Both the position numbers and the translations under genes were made by a program. The notes under the pieces were generated by a model. The model saw only the letters and a program-made list of their open reading frames with translations. It had not been told where the DNA came from and did not search any database. 64,000 bases of DNA from Candidatus Velthaea sp. (GTDB lineage Bacteria; Vulcanimicrobiota; Vulcanimicrobiia; Vulcanimicrobiales; Vulcanimicrobiaceae). Location of the stretch: NCBI GenBank assembly GCA_965214935.1, contig CBDCCS010000002.1:20617-84616 (forward strand), given 5' to 3'. Shown piece after piece: positions 1 to 10,847 of this stretch (positions are counted from its first letter, which is position 1; the number at the start of each line of letters is the position of its first letter).

Positions 1-1216
1 GAGCACGCGGCATACCGAAGCGGTCTTTCGAATCGCCAAGAACGATGCGACTATCAGCATCAGGTGCCTGTTCGATCGTACACATCAGCTCGATACGAGA
101 TGGTGTCGCTTTGGGCGAGCGGCCTAACACGTAACGACGAAAGCCGGCGTCGGCGATGTCAGCGCCACCGCGAACGAGCGTCGCTATTTGGCCGAGCGAG
201 AACGGAAAACGGCCACCGGTACGCGTCACTCGCACCATCTCGCGTAAAATCTCGATTGCCGGAGAATCGTATTTGAACATGACGCAGGCAGCGCCGTTAA
301 GGACTTGCGCTTCGCGCTGTAATTGCGGCGCCAGAGAAATTTTTGGCCAAAACCATGTCTTGCCACGAAAAAGTACACCGTATAAATCTTGGATACGGCG
401 CGTTTCGTGCGGAACGACCTGCGCGGTATATGACGTCGGATGGTCTTGGAAATACCGTCCGACGAGGTCCCGGTCGTTTCCGAGTCCTTTTTCGGCCACT
501 TCGCGGGATGCAAGCAACAGCCGCGCCGTATCGATCGTACCGGTACAAAGCACAAAGGTCCGTGCCTTAACCTGCGCGCGACGGCCATCGAAATCTTGGA
601 TGTCGATATGGGTTGCCTGTGAGCCGATTGCGTTGGTGCCGATGTTGGTTACCGTCGCGCCGACGATCAGGCGCAAGTTCGGTGCCTGCTCGAGAAGCTT
701 ACGATACACTTTGCCGATCCGCGGGGCCGGAGAAAACACCGAGAATGAGGTTCGCAACTGATCGGGATCGAGGCTTACCGCTTTCACGCCGAACCGGCCC
801 CAGACGCTTTCATCATAGGCTTCGCCGCTGACCCCAAAAACGGATTCGGCTCGTCGATAGTACGGTTCGAGATCTGCGTAAGTTAAGGGCCAACCACTAT
901 GCGCGATCCACGGCCGCTGTTCAAAGTCGGCTCGGTCGAGTTCACAACATTGCCCGCCCCAAGCGGCCGTCGTTCCGCCTAGTCCACGCCGGCGACCGCC
1001 ACGCAAGCCGCCGAAAGGAAAGCCGCTAACCTCGCCTTCATTGAGCTGCTCGAAGCGATCTTCAACGTCGAAATGTCCGCTCTCCAGCAGAACGGCATCG
1101 ATGTGTGTACCCGCAAGCTCGCGCGCAAGAGTAATCCCAGATGCGCCCATTCCAACAATGCACACTTCGGCTTGCAAAACTGCGCCTGATTCGAGCTGTC
1201 TAAAATCTACGATCAT
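1..1216 (-). CDS. GMC-family FAD-dependent oxidoreductase (3' end runs off window)
   Basis: Absent from the ORF track. Manual translation from ATG at 1216 (GAGG upstream): MIIVDFRQLESGAVLQAEVCIVGMGASGITLARELAG (GxGxxG FAD motif), GLGGTTAAWGGQC, LGNDRDLVGRYFQDHP, EQAPDADSRIVL; open to position 1. Confidence 0.9.
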   Translation of the reverse strand, partial: MIVDFRQLESGAVLQAEVCIVGMGASGITLARELAGTHIDAVLLESGHFDVEDRFEQLNEGEVSGFPFGGLRGGRRRGLGGTTAAWGGQCCELDRADFEQRPWIAHSGWPLTYADLEPYYRRAESVFGVSGEAYDESVWGRFGVKAVSLDPDQLRTSFSVFSPAPRIGKVYRKLLEQAPNLRLIVGATVTNIGTNAIGSQATHIDIQDFDGRRAQVKARTFVLCTGTIDTARLLLASREVAEKGLGNDRDLVGRYFQDHPTSYTAQVVPHETRRIQDLYGVLFRGKTWFWPKISLAPQLQREAQVLNGAACVMFKYDSPAIEILREMVRVTRTGGRFPFSLGQIATLVRGGADIADAGFRRYVLGRSPKATPSRIELMCTIEQAPDADSRIVLGDSKDRFGMPRA

Positions 1217-1276
1217 AATGCCTCGCACGACAAGCCGCTTTTGGTTGCATCAAAACGGCTGCCACGCAGAAAAAAA

Positions 1277-2452
1277 CTACTTTTTGGCAACGGCACGAAA
1301 GAGGTCTTCAAGTTGCGTTGCATTGCGCGACGCGTTAAAGTACCGACTCGCACGCTCGCGAGAGTTTTCGCCTAGGCGCCGGCGCAAAGCTGAATCTTCA
1401 AGCAACGTTTCAATGCCTTGCGCTAAGCGCCGCGGATCGGCCGGCGGCACAAGCAATCCGGTTTGCCCATCGTCAATGAGTTCCGGAATAGCATTGATAT
1501 TCGTTCCGATAGCCGGCACGCCCGCCGCCATTGCTTCAACGAAGACGAGGCCAAGCGCTTCGTTTTTCGTTGGTAACACAAAAATATCCGCTGTTGCATA
1601 TAAGGCCTTCCATTCGTTGGAATAGGCCGCAACATTTCGGTGCACGTAAATCTTCGGATGAACGGGAATATCTTTCGCATTGGTTACCAGGTGCAACTCA
1701 ATATCACGATCGGCGAACCGCTTGCGGAAAACGTCGACGAGATCGAAGCCGCCTTTGCGATCGAAATCAGCGCCGATAAATAAAATCTTTTGCATCTGAG
1801 CCAGCCGCTCGGAACGCAGTTGGGTCAAATCTTCGAAGTGATGAAGGTCCACCCCGGGTCGAATAACGTGTACTTTCTCGGGAGAAAGCCGATGCCCGTC
1901 TACAAGCGATTTTGCGGCCCAATTAGAAAACGCGACAACTGCCGCTGCACGTTTAAATGCTGCAAACTCCAAAAAACGGTCAGCACGATGAGTCCAGGGT
2001 AGTTTCGGCTTTTCAGCGCCGAGTTGCATCGCCGTCTGATCGATTGAAATGACCGTCGGGATACGTTCCATATAATCTAGAGCTAACCAAGCCGCAGTCT
2101 GCGTATGAAAGTATAAGACGTCGATCGGACGGCGCTTCAGGCGACGCTGTACCAAACGGCGAGCAAACAGCGCATAGCCTAATCCCGCCCGAGCAAAATA
2201 GAGATCCGCGTTCGTCTTGTTGAACCATGACAGTGGAACGCGAAGGCGCAGCCCCTTGTTAATAATCCGTATGAGGAACTCGGGATCGTCGTTCGTCCAA
2301 CTCGACGAATAATCGATGTCGGGTTCGGCATCGAAGTGGTCGCGCAGCAACATTCCATACGTGCGGTGCCCCATCATCGGTAAGAGAAATGATGCGACGC
2401 GCAGCTTCGCACCATCGTTTGCCTGGACAGCGCCGATGCGCATCAATCCCAA
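1277..2452 (-). CDS. Glycosyltransferase family 4
   Basis: GT-B motifs FDRKGG and ADIFVLPTKNEALGLVFVEAMAAGVP (ExxxxxxxE). Confidence 0.92.
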   Translation of the reverse strand: MGLMRIGAVQANDGAKLRVASFLLPMMGHRTYGMLLRDHFDAEPDIDYSSSWTNDDPEFLIRIINKGLRLRVPLSWFNKTNADLYFARAGLGYALFARRLVQRRLKRRPIDVLYFHTQTAAWLALDYMERIPTVISIDQTAMQLGAEKPKLPWTHRADRFLEFAAFKRAAAVVAFSNWAAKSLVDGHRLSPEKVHVIRPGVDLHHFEDLTQLRSERLAQMQKILFIGADFDRKGGFDLVDVFRKRFADRDIELHLVTNAKDIPVHPKIYVHRNVAAYSNEWKALYATADIFVLPTKNEALGLVFVEAMAAGVPAIGTNINAIPELIDDGQTGLLVPPADPRRLAQGIETLLEDSALRRRLGENSRERASRYFNASRNATQLEDLFRAVAKK

Positions 2453-2796
2453 TTTATTATCCTTAGAGCTGCCTTATGCGACATCATTTGCAACGCAGCA
2501 AGCAATTTCCCGGGACCTTCGCTAAACGCAAGAGCTTTTGCAGTGTCACCGTTCGACCGCGTGCGCGGTTACGCAAGGTTGCCGACGCCGACGAAAGCGT
2601 GGGCTTCGCTCTCATCTTGAAACCGGCGCTCGGCGCTCACATCAGTATTGTGAAACCAAGGCGCCGGACCGTCGAGGGAAGACCGGCCGGACTGCTAATA
2701 CAAGTTTGGGTTCTAAGTAAAGCCGGCCGAAGAAAGATCGTATGGCGCTCGAATTTCCGTGTAATCGTAAAGTATTGCCGAACAAAGCGTGTATAA

Positions 2797-3789
2797 ATGT
2801 TTGATGACGACGATTCGATCGAGAAACTTATCTCTATTTGCATACCGACGTACCGGCGTCCGACGCAATTATTGCATGCGATCCATTCATGCGTGACGCA
2901 GACATATCGGCCGCTGGAAATTGAGATCGGCGACGACTCGCCGGATAATGACAGTGAACGGCTCGTCGAGTCGATCGTTCTTCCGACGGGCGTCTCCCTG
3001 CGCTACCGTCGCAACGTGCCAAGCTTGGGGCAAGCAGCAAATATCAATGCGCTTTTCGCTGCCGTCCGCGCGAAGTACGTCGTTGTCCTACACGACGACG
3101 ATGTTCTCTTACCGCAAGCCATTTCGCAAATGCATGCTGTCCGGCAAAGGGAACCGCAAGCCGTCGCCGTGTATGGATGCCAACAAGTTATCCACGAAAA
3201 CGGGGAACGTAGTGAGTCGCTTAGCGAGGCGCTCAATATACGCTATCACCGAACGGCAACCGACGCCGGACCGCAACCCGACGCGCTTGTTGCCGCGTTC
3301 TTGCGCCAATTTCCGAACGACGGTTACATGATCGATGCAGACCGAGCCCGAGCCGTCGGTTTACGGTCGTTCGCAGAAGTCGGCGAGTCATGCGACACCG
3401 ATTTCGGCATCCGGCTTGCAATGCAATCGGCGGCCGATTCATTCTTCTTCATCGATACGATGACCACGCAGTACCGGTTAAGTACGAGCGGCTTAAGCGG
3501 GAGCCGAGATATCAGCTGGCGGTTCTACGATTATTTGCTGTCTCTGCCGAATCGGTTTACACCCGCACAGCAGGCGGCGCGCGAGACACTTCTCCGTGAA
3601 ATCGCCGTTCAAGCGACCGTCGAGCATGCATTGCGCGGAAACCGCCGTTCAGCGTTCCGAATCATCTCTTCCGGCTTCTATCCTCGTCAACGCAAGGCCG
3701 GTCTGCTCAAACTCTTGTATCACCTTAGTCTCATCGCATTTCCACAGATCGATCTGCTCCGTCGCCGCACCCGCCGGACCATTAGTTGA
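2797..3789 (+). CDS. Glycosyltransferase family 2
   Basis: ISICIPTYRRP, IGDDS and VLHDDD GT-A motifs. Confidence 0.9.
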   Translation: MFDDDDSIEKLISICIPTYRRPTQLLHAIHSCVTQTYRPLEIEIGDDSPDNDSERLVESIVLPTGVSLRYRRNVPSLGQAANINALFAAVRAKYVVVLHDDDVLLPQAISQMHAVRQREPQAVAVYGCQQVIHENGERSESLSEALNIRYHRTATDAGPQPDALVAAFLRQFPNDGYMIDADRARAVGLRSFAEVGESCDTDFGIRLAMQSAADSFFFIDTMTTQYRLSTSGLSGSRDISWRFYDYLLSLPNRFTPAQQAARETLLREIAVQATVEHALRGNRRSAFRIISSGFYPRQRKAGLLKLLYHLSLIAFPQIDLLRRRTRRTIS

Positions 3790-4148
3790 TCGGGCGGGAA
3801 AGAGCGTACGAGTCAAAGTTGAAGGTAAGCGGTCCTCTCAAATGCATAAGAACGCGTCCGTCTACGTAAGGCCAGCGATCTAGAGCACGAAGCGAGACTA
3901 CGAGTTCCAAATAGCTAACTACGCTAGTTTGCAATGGCCGCTGATCGGTGCTTTACAAAATTAATCTTACCTCTAAGGAGCTTATGAGAGCGTTACTTCT
4001 CGAAAGCATCAGCTCGGCATTGCCAGCTTTCTTGTTATCGAGCCGAGGCAAATTTATAGCCGCTTCTTATTTTGCAAGGATAGATTGCTTCAAGATAGCG
4101 ATGAGTCAAGCTACGCGGCTTACCTCAGCGTTCCTCGCACGGCCTAAG

Positions 4149-5345
4149 CTAGGATCCTAGAGCCAACTCGAGATCTCGCTCGAGTGCGCTCCATGAATAG
4201 CATTGCTCGACCAGCGCCAAGGCTTCGGTCAGTTGCGTCTTTCGAGCGTCATGGTCGGCGAGGAGCCTCAAAGCGCTTGCCGCCAACACGTCGCTCGTCT
4301 CGCCGAAAGAAATCTCTCGACCGGTAACCAGCGAGATACCTTCCGCGCCTTTCGCCGTCGAAACGACCGGTATGTTGGCCGCAAACGCCTCGAGTATCTT
4401 GAGGCGCGTGCCGCCGCCGGAGCGTAACGGTAAGATCGAGACATCTGCGGCGGCGAGATACGGACGTATATCAGCGACGGCGTCGGTCACCAAAATCCGT
4501 GAATCGCGTGCTGCGGCGTCCACCATTGTCTTACTCGGCGAGGCACCCACGAGCAGCAAACGTGCATCCGGAACCTGCGCGGCTATTAATGGAAAGATCT
4601 GCTCGATTAACTCTTGCGCTGCTTGCGCATTAGGTGCATACCGATAAAACCCGACATAGATGATCGTAGCGCCGTTTCGTTGCTGAGGAATCGGCGTCAG
4701 CGTCCCATCTCGCACACCAACGTAGCGCGTGACGTCTACACCGTTCGGCCATACGTGCGGGGCCGGCAAGCGTTTGTCAAGCCGAGCTAATTCGGCGACA
4801 TCGTTCTCTCCGCAAACCCACACTCGCCGGACATTGCGCGCAAGCTGTCGTTCTCGGCGACGCCAGCGCCATAGGAGCAGCTCCCGGGCAAGCGGATTTC
4901 GAATCGCGCGTGCTTCCGTGCCTAGTAGCGATTCAATGTTATGCATATCGAGAACGAGGTTTGGGTGATTCTTAAGCGGCTCGGGAAGGCCGTTCTTCCA
5001 GTGCTCGAGTACAACGAGGTCGGGACCGAACCGAGTAACAGTGGCGCTTAACATCCGATCGATCATGGCAGTCGCGGCAATGCCGGCTATCGGATACGGG
5101 CGAGAACGTAATGCATTGACCATTCTCACGTTCAGCCCGGCCCGATCAACCGGGACATCTTCAACTCCGATATGCGTCCACTCAGCCACTACCGGCATCT
5201 CCAAGGCATCAGCTTCACTTGAACCGATTGAGAAAACCGCTACGGGCCCCTGCGTCGCAAATACATTCACGTTCTGCCAGGTTCGAAGAGGAGCGCCGCT
5301 ACGCGGCGGATAGGGCGCGCCGTTTGAGACTAAAAGGGTCCGCAC
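4149..5345 (-). CDS. Glycosyltransferase family 4
   Basis: YPPRSGAPLR N-terminus, PNGVD, PLRSGGGTRLKILEAFAANIPVVST. Confidence 0.92.
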   Translation of the reverse strand: MRTLLVSNGAPYPPRSGAPLRTWQNVNVFATQGPVAVFSIGSSEADALEMPVVAEWTHIGVEDVPVDRAGLNVRMVNALRSRPYPIAGIAATAMIDRMLSATVTRFGPDLVVLEHWKNGLPEPLKNHPNLVLDMHNIESLLGTEARAIRNPLARELLLWRWRRRERQLARNVRRVWVCGENDVAELARLDKRLPAPHVWPNGVDVTRYVGVRDGTLTPIPQQRNGATIIYVGFYRYAPNAQAAQELIEQIFPLIAAQVPDARLLLVGASPSKTMVDAAARDSRILVTDAVADIRPYLAAADVSILPLRSGGGTRLKILEAFAANIPVVSTAKGAEGISLVTGREISFGETSDVLAASALRLLADHDARKTQLTEALALVEQCYSWSALERDLELALGS

Positions 5346-6207
5346 GCCAAGTTTTGCGTTATTTTCGCGCTAGACTCCTTGCCGGGAAGCATGGAATTGT
5401 TAGCCTCCATTCGCAGGCATAATCAGACCTTACTTTCACGTGGTCACGTTTGGCTGAGTATCTCGAATACCATCCGAACCTCGTGAATTGATTTTGGCGA
5501 CTGCCTATCGTAATGAACTAGGCTGTACTCGTCATCAGTTAAGCGCTGACATGCCGAAACAACTAATAGGTCTCCGTAGAATTAATGATTTTTGCGTTAA
5601 CGATCGCAACCAACAAACGTTTCATAGCGTGTTCTTCCTTTCAAAGCCGAGTGGAGGTGCGAGCAGCGGCGCCGGTTCCATCAACATTCTTATAGACAAA
5701 ATTTGGCGGATTCCGGCTTTGAGAATTAGTAGCTTCTCATGCGTAATTACTAGTAAATCGATGGTCGCCAAATTCCGTTCGTCGGTCGAATCGCGCGCCT
5801 CGCACAGCGAAGCGCGAATGCTTCGAATCGTTCTTAGTGAATGTTCGTCGCTTGAGCAGAGTCGAGCGCATCTAGTGCGGACGCAGGCATAGCTCGCTAC
5901 ATGTAACCGGTTCGGGGTTCGGACGTTGGTGTCGCCGGGACGCTGGTATACGCCGGTACCATTTAGGGCTATGCGCATAGCTTATCGAGGTATCGGACAT
6001 TGTGGGCATTCTTATGCCTACAATTAGGATATCTATGCGCAATTAGCCGTAAGGCTCGGCACGAAGTGTGATCGTGCCCGCAAAATAAAAAATAGCGAAG
6101 AATTAATCGAAAGTTTCGTTTAGGCCTGACGATAACTGACATAGCCGCCAGAAACGCTTTGATCGTTTCGGCCAAACTACCTACGTTTAGTGGGAGGGAA
6201 TTTCATT

Positions 6208-8346
6208 ATGTCTCTACGTCAGTTGAATACACTTAAGGGAGTTGGTGCGCTGCTCATCAGTGCGCTCATGACAGGGTGCGGCGCTGGAAGCAACGTCAGT
6301 TCGTTACCGGTAAGTCAATCAACATCAACGGCATCGGCTCCGGTCATTCCGATCGCAGCGACGGGTCATTCCGTTGCAAGCACCGGCGCGACCCGCAAGC
6401 CGCTCGTAGCCGGCAACGTTTATCCGACAGCAGTGTTGGGCGATTCGCCGCTAGCATATTACCAAATGAACGATTCGTCAACGACGCTTAGCGACACCGG
6501 ACCGAATTCGATCGCCGGAACGTACGGCAGCGCGGTTAGCTTAGGCAGTGCGGCGATAACGACCGGTGGCGGAACGGCAGCAACTTTCCCCGGCGGCAGC
6601 ACGTACAACCCGAACGGCTTTGCTTCTACGCCCGTCAATACAATGCTGCAGCCGGCAACACTGACGCTCGAGGCGTGGGTAAAATTAAATACCGCGAATA
6701 AGACGAGTCACGATTTGCCGATCGTCGGCTACGGCGATCTCCTACGTGGAATTCGCTACGGCTTGTACGATCATGGCATCGGCGGCGGCGATACGTTCTC
6801 ATACGTTCAACATAATGTCGGCCAGGCGAATCAGATTTACGTTTACGGTCATACAAAACTCGCCCTCGGCGTGACCTATCACCTCGTTGCGGTCTTTGAC
6901 GGCTCGACGGTTACAACGTACGTTAACGGCGTCATGGACCAGCGTGTGAACGCCCCGGGCGCGATCGACTATCCGGCTTCGGTCATTCATACCGGTTTAC
7001 AAATCGGCGGTAATGTTGCGAACGCTCAGTGGGGATACGCATCGTTCGGCGGGACGGTCGCACAAGTCGCGTTGTATAGCCAACCGCTTTCAGGCGCGCA
7101 AGTAACGAACCACTTCCTGGCCGGCCAAATCGTCCCAATGGTCACCGAAGACGCGTCAAGCTCCGACAGTTTCGTCGACTCGATCGGCTTAAACGCTCAC
7201 TTCGAGAATCCGGGCACGACGTATGCCACGCAATACCCTGCGGTGAAAAACTTGCTCGTTGCTAGCGGCATCCGGCACATCCGCGTCGGCATGACTTTCA
7301 ACAACGGAGACTTCCTGTCGGAAATGCAAGACTTGGCAGCTTCCGGCGTGCATGGTTCATACGTAACCCAACTCGGCTTTACGCAGGATCAGATTACGCA
7401 GTTTCCGAGCCTCGTCGGCTCTTCACTCGAGCAATACGAAGCTCCGAACGAACAAGATGAGTCCGGCGATCCGAACTGGGCCGCAAACTGCATTGCCTAT
7501 CAACAAAATCTCTACAGCTGGGTGAAGAGCAATCCGGCCACCGCAAATTTGACGGTGCTTGGTCCGGCCCTCTCGAACCGGCAAGCCTTTAGCCAGGTCG
7601 GCGATATCAGCGCCTATATGGACAATGCAAATATTCACGACTATCTCAGTGTCTTCGAGCCGGGAACGACCGGCTGGGGCGGCCTGTATCCGCCCTTCGG
7701 TTACTATGGTGCGATCAGCTATAACGTGAATCTCGCCAAAGTAACGAGCGCCAATAAACCGGTCGAAGCGACCGAAACGGGCTACGGAACGATCGCCGGC
7801 AATCCGCTGACCCTTGACTACCGCGCTGACATGCGTTACATGTCACGGCTCTTCTTCCAACAATTCAACAATGGCATCAAGCGCTCGTACTCATACGAGA
7901 TGCTCGATGAGGGCGGCGACGCGGTGTTTGCCAACTTCGGCATCGTACAAGCGAATTTACAGCCCAAACCTGCTTACACGGCAATCAAATCTCTCATCGC
8001 AGCGCTCAAAGACCCGGGCACATCCGTCCCGACCAAGCCGTTAACGTATAACATAACCGGCTTCAACAACAACGTACAGCACACACTTCTTCAGAAGCGT
8101 GACGGCAGCTATGTTATGGCGATCTGGATCGAATCGCCCGCTTGGAATACGGTCAATAATGCCGGTGGCGACATCGTCGTCGCGCCGCAGACGGTGACGA
8201 TCTCCACTTCCAACGCGCTCAATCATGCATCGCTGGCCTCAATGGATGAGAATGGTAACATGACCTCCGCACCGGTTGCTTGGAATAATCAAAGTGGTGC
8301 GATCACGGTCACCGATAAAGTATCACTTCTAACGATGACTCCGTAG
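6208..8346 (+). CDS. Exported lipoprotein: LamG/ConA-like domain + clan GH-A glycoside hydrolase (paralog 1)
   Basis: ATG 6208 after GGGAGGG; lipobox ALMTGC; LamG motifs TLEAWVK and YHLVAVFDGSTVTTYVNG; YEAPNE (acid/base) and ATETGY (nucleophile) motifs. Confidence 0.8.
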   Translation: MSLRQLNTLKGVGALLISALMTGCGAGSNVSSLPVSQSTSTASAPVIPIAATGHSVASTGATRKPLVAGNVYPTAVLGDSPLAYYQMNDSSTTLSDTGPNSIAGTYGSAVSLGSAAITTGGGTAATFPGGSTYNPNGFASTPVNTMLQPATLTLEAWVKLNTANKTSHDLPIVGYGDLLRGIRYGLYDHGIGGGDTFSYVQHNVGQANQIYVYGHTKLALGVTYHLVAVFDGSTVTTYVNGVMDQRVNAPGAIDYPASVIHTGLQIGGNVANAQWGYASFGGTVAQVALYSQPLSGAQVTNHFLAGQIVPMVTEDASSSDSFVDSIGLNAHFENPGTTYATQYPAVKNLLVASGIRHIRVGMTFNNGDFLSEMQDLAASGVHGSYVTQLGFTQDQITQFPSLVGSSLEQYEAPNEQDESGDPNWAANCIAYQQNLYSWVKSNPATANLTVLGPALSNRQAFSQVGDISAYMDNANIHDYLSVFEPGTTGWGGLYPPFGYYGAISYNVNLAKVTSANKPVEATETGYGTIAGNPLTLDYRADMRYMSRLFFQQFNNGIKRSYSYEMLDEGGDAVFANFGIVQANLQPKPAYTAIKSLIAALKDPGTSVPTKPLTYNITGFNNNVQHTLLQKRDGSYVMAIWIESPAWNTVNNAGGDIVVAPQTVTISTSNALNHASLASMDENGNMTSAPVAWNNQSGAITVTDKVSLLTMTP

Positions 8347-8447
8347 TTCCATAGAACGAAATCCTCCGGTACGAGTGACTACTTGTGCCGGAGGGCGGTT
8401 AAGCGGCGAGAAACAGTTACGTTCGAGTTCGCATAAACAGCAGCAAG

Positions 8448-8490
8448 AAGCCCGACTGTAAAGCGCTAAGTGCTTTACAGTCGGGCTTTT
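8448..8490 (+). terminator. Intrinsic terminator
   Basis: AAGCCCGACTGTAAAGC/GCTTTACAGTCGGGCTT inverted repeat ending in a T tract, downstream of paralog 1. Confidence 0.85.
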
Positions 8491-8655
8491 GTGCGTAAAG
8501 CGAGATAACGCACACTTTTCGGTATGTGAGCTAAGTCGCTTCTGCAATCAATTCGACGAAAACACAAAAGCTTTTTAACACGCAGAACGACAACGTATAC
8601 GACGCTCGTACCACTCGTTAGATACATTCGAGCACTGTAATAAAGGACAGCTTTT

Positions 8656-10803
8656 TTGTTTAAGTGCCTTGGCTTGCCGGCGCCGCTCTTGTGCGGCGCT
8701 CTTGCTTCATTGAGTTTTGCTTTAAGCGCCTGCGGCGGAAGCAGCTCGATCCCGACAGCGCCGATTTCAAGCGATCGATCGATAGCGTCGATGCCGTCCG
8801 GCACAAACACCATTGCGCAGAGCAGCATCGCCGGGCTGCAATTTCCCGACGGCGGCGACGGCAGCGCTTACGCAGCAACGGTACTTGCCGATAAGCCGCT
8901 CGCGTATTACGAACTCAACGACGCATCCTCAATCTTGCAAGATTCGAGCGCGACGCGCCTGGCCGGCACGTACGGCAATGCCGTTACACGGCGAATGCCG
9001 AGCATCACGAACGGCACGCCGAATGCTGCTGCGTTTCCCGGCGGCTCAACGTACAATGCGAACGGCTTCGCCTATACTCGTGTCGCGCATCAGCTTCAAC
9101 CCGCAACGCTAACGCTCGAAGCCTGGGTGAAAATCAAGGCGCGTAATACCAACAGCCACGATGTTCCGATCGCAGGCTACGGCGATCTCGGCCGCGGCAT
9201 TCGATACGGCCTGTACGTGCATGGTCTTACCGGCGGAAACACCTTTGCATACGTGCAACACAACACCGGACAAGCGAATCAGTTGTATGTCTACGGCAAA
9301 ACCCGTCTTGTCGACGGTCTCATTTACCACATTGTTGCCGCCTTTGACGGTACACGTGTAACAACATATGTCAACGGCGTCGTCGATCAGCAGATCGATG
9401 CACCCGGTACGATCGCTTACCCGGCCGACGACATCCACAACGGCTTGCAGATCGGCGGCAATTTCGGCTCGTCGGAATACGGCGACGCCTCGTTCAACGG
9501 TACGATCGGGCAAGTCGCGGTTTATAATGGCGCGCTTTCTGCAGCGCGCATACAAAGCCACTTCCTTGCTGGACAAATTGTTCCGCTCGAGACGGATACG
9601 CCCGCGAATGCCGATGCGTTTGTCGACTCGATCGGCATCAATGCACATTTTGAGGACAGTTCGTCGGAGTATGCAAAGAAGTACGAAGCCGTTAAAAACG
9701 TTCTTATTGCTAGCGGAATCCGGCACATTCGCGTCGGCATGACCTTCAACAACGGCGACTTCCTCAATGAAATGAAGGAGCTTGCGGGCTACGGCATTCA
9801 CGGTTCCTATATAACGCCGTCTACTTTCACAAAAAGCCAAATCACTCGATTCCCGAGCTTAGTCGGCGCGTCGTTCGAGCAGTACGAACCACCCAACGAG
9901 CAGGACGATGTCGGAAATCCGGACTGGCTGGGAACCTGCAAAACATTCCAGAAAAATTTGTACACCTGGGTCAAAAGCGATCCGGCAACCGCACGTTTTG
10001 CGGTGCTCGCGCCGCCGCTGGCAAATCGACAATCGTATAGCGAACTCGGCGACATCAGCGCTTACGCGGATTACGGCAATTTTCACGACTACTTTGGGGC
10101 ATTTAACCCGGGAACGCCCGGCTGGGGCGGCGATTACCCGCCCTACGGTTATTACGGCAGCATCAGCTACAATGTCAATCTCGCCCGTGTCGTGGCCGGC
10201 AAAAAGCCGCTCATGTCAACGGAAACCGGCTATGGGACCATTGCCGGCAACCCGCTGACGCTCGACTACCGGACTGACCTGCGCTACATGACCCGTTTAT
10301 TCTTCGAGCAATTCAACGGCGGCGTAACCCGTTCGTACTCGTATGAATTGCTGGATCAAGGCGGCGATGCAGTCTTCGCAAACTTTGGCATCGTGCAGAC
10401 GGATTTGCAACCGAAACCCGCCTACACGGCGATTAAATCACTCATTAGCGAACTTAAAGATCCCGGACCCCATTTCTCAACGACGCCGCGCACGTTCAAG
10501 CTAAGCGGCTTCAACGAAAACGTGCACCACACGCTTTTAGAGAAGCGCGATGGAACATACATCCTCGCGATGTGGATCGAACAGCCGGGTTGGAATACGG
10601 TTGATAATCGCGGCGGCGACGTCGTCATCGCACCGCAGACCGTAACCGTCACGGCAACCGACAATGTCACAAATTCGACGTTGGTAACACTCGATGAATC
10701 CGGACATGCAATCCGCCAATCGCTCGAATGGCACGACCGCAGCGCGAGTATGACGCTCACCGACAAGATCTCATTGCTTGAGATCGGGCGTTCGGCGAGA
10801 TGA
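8656..10803 (+). CDS. Exported lipoprotein: LamG domain + clan GH-A glycoside hydrolase (paralog 2)
   Basis: Lipobox ALSAC; colinear with paralog 1; YEPPNE and STETGY motifs. Confidence 0.8.
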   Translation: MFKCLGLPAPLLCGALASLSFALSACGGSSSIPTAPISSDRSIASMPSGTNTIAQSSIAGLQFPDGGDGSAYAATVLADKPLAYYELNDASSILQDSSATRLAGTYGNAVTRRMPSITNGTPNAAAFPGGSTYNANGFAYTRVAHQLQPATLTLEAWVKIKARNTNSHDVPIAGYGDLGRGIRYGLYVHGLTGGNTFAYVQHNTGQANQLYVYGKTRLVDGLIYHIVAAFDGTRVTTYVNGVVDQQIDAPGTIAYPADDIHNGLQIGGNFGSSEYGDASFNGTIGQVAVYNGALSAARIQSHFLAGQIVPLETDTPANADAFVDSIGINAHFEDSSSEYAKKYEAVKNVLIASGIRHIRVGMTFNNGDFLNEMKELAGYGIHGSYITPSTFTKSQITRFPSLVGASFEQYEPPNEQDDVGNPDWLGTCKTFQKNLYTWVKSDPATARFAVLAPPLANRQSYSELGDISAYADYGNFHDYFGAFNPGTPGWGGDYPPYGYYGSISYNVNLARVVAGKKPLMSTETGYGTIAGNPLTLDYRTDLRYMTRLFFEQFNGGVTRSYSYELLDQGGDAVFANFGIVQTDLQPKPAYTAIKSLISELKDPGPHFSTTPRTFKLSGFNENVHHTLLEKRDGTYILAMWIEQPGWNTVDNRGGDVVIAPQTVTVTATDNVTNSTLVTLDESGHAIRQSLEWHDRSASMTLTDKISLLEIGRSAR

Positions 10804-10810
10804 CACGGTG

Positions 10811-10844
10811 CAAGCAGCGGCAGTTCTCTTACTGCCGCCGCTTG
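10811..10844. terminator. Hairpin between convergent genes
   Basis: CAAGCAGCGGCAGT-tctctt-ACTGCCGCCGCTTG; no clear T tract. Confidence 0.55.
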
Positions 10845-10847
10845 CGT

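Noticed and set aside
156..1625. Plus-strand ORFs 156-761 and 1041-1625, and the many similar shadow ORFs across the window
   Set aside because: Antisense or alternate-frame shadows of well-supported genes in GC-rich DNA.
5622..5978. 118-aa ORF in the long spacer upstream of the LamG-GH genes
   Set aside because: No recognisable motif or RBS, and overlapped by an equally unconvincing opposite-strand ORF; cannot be supported.
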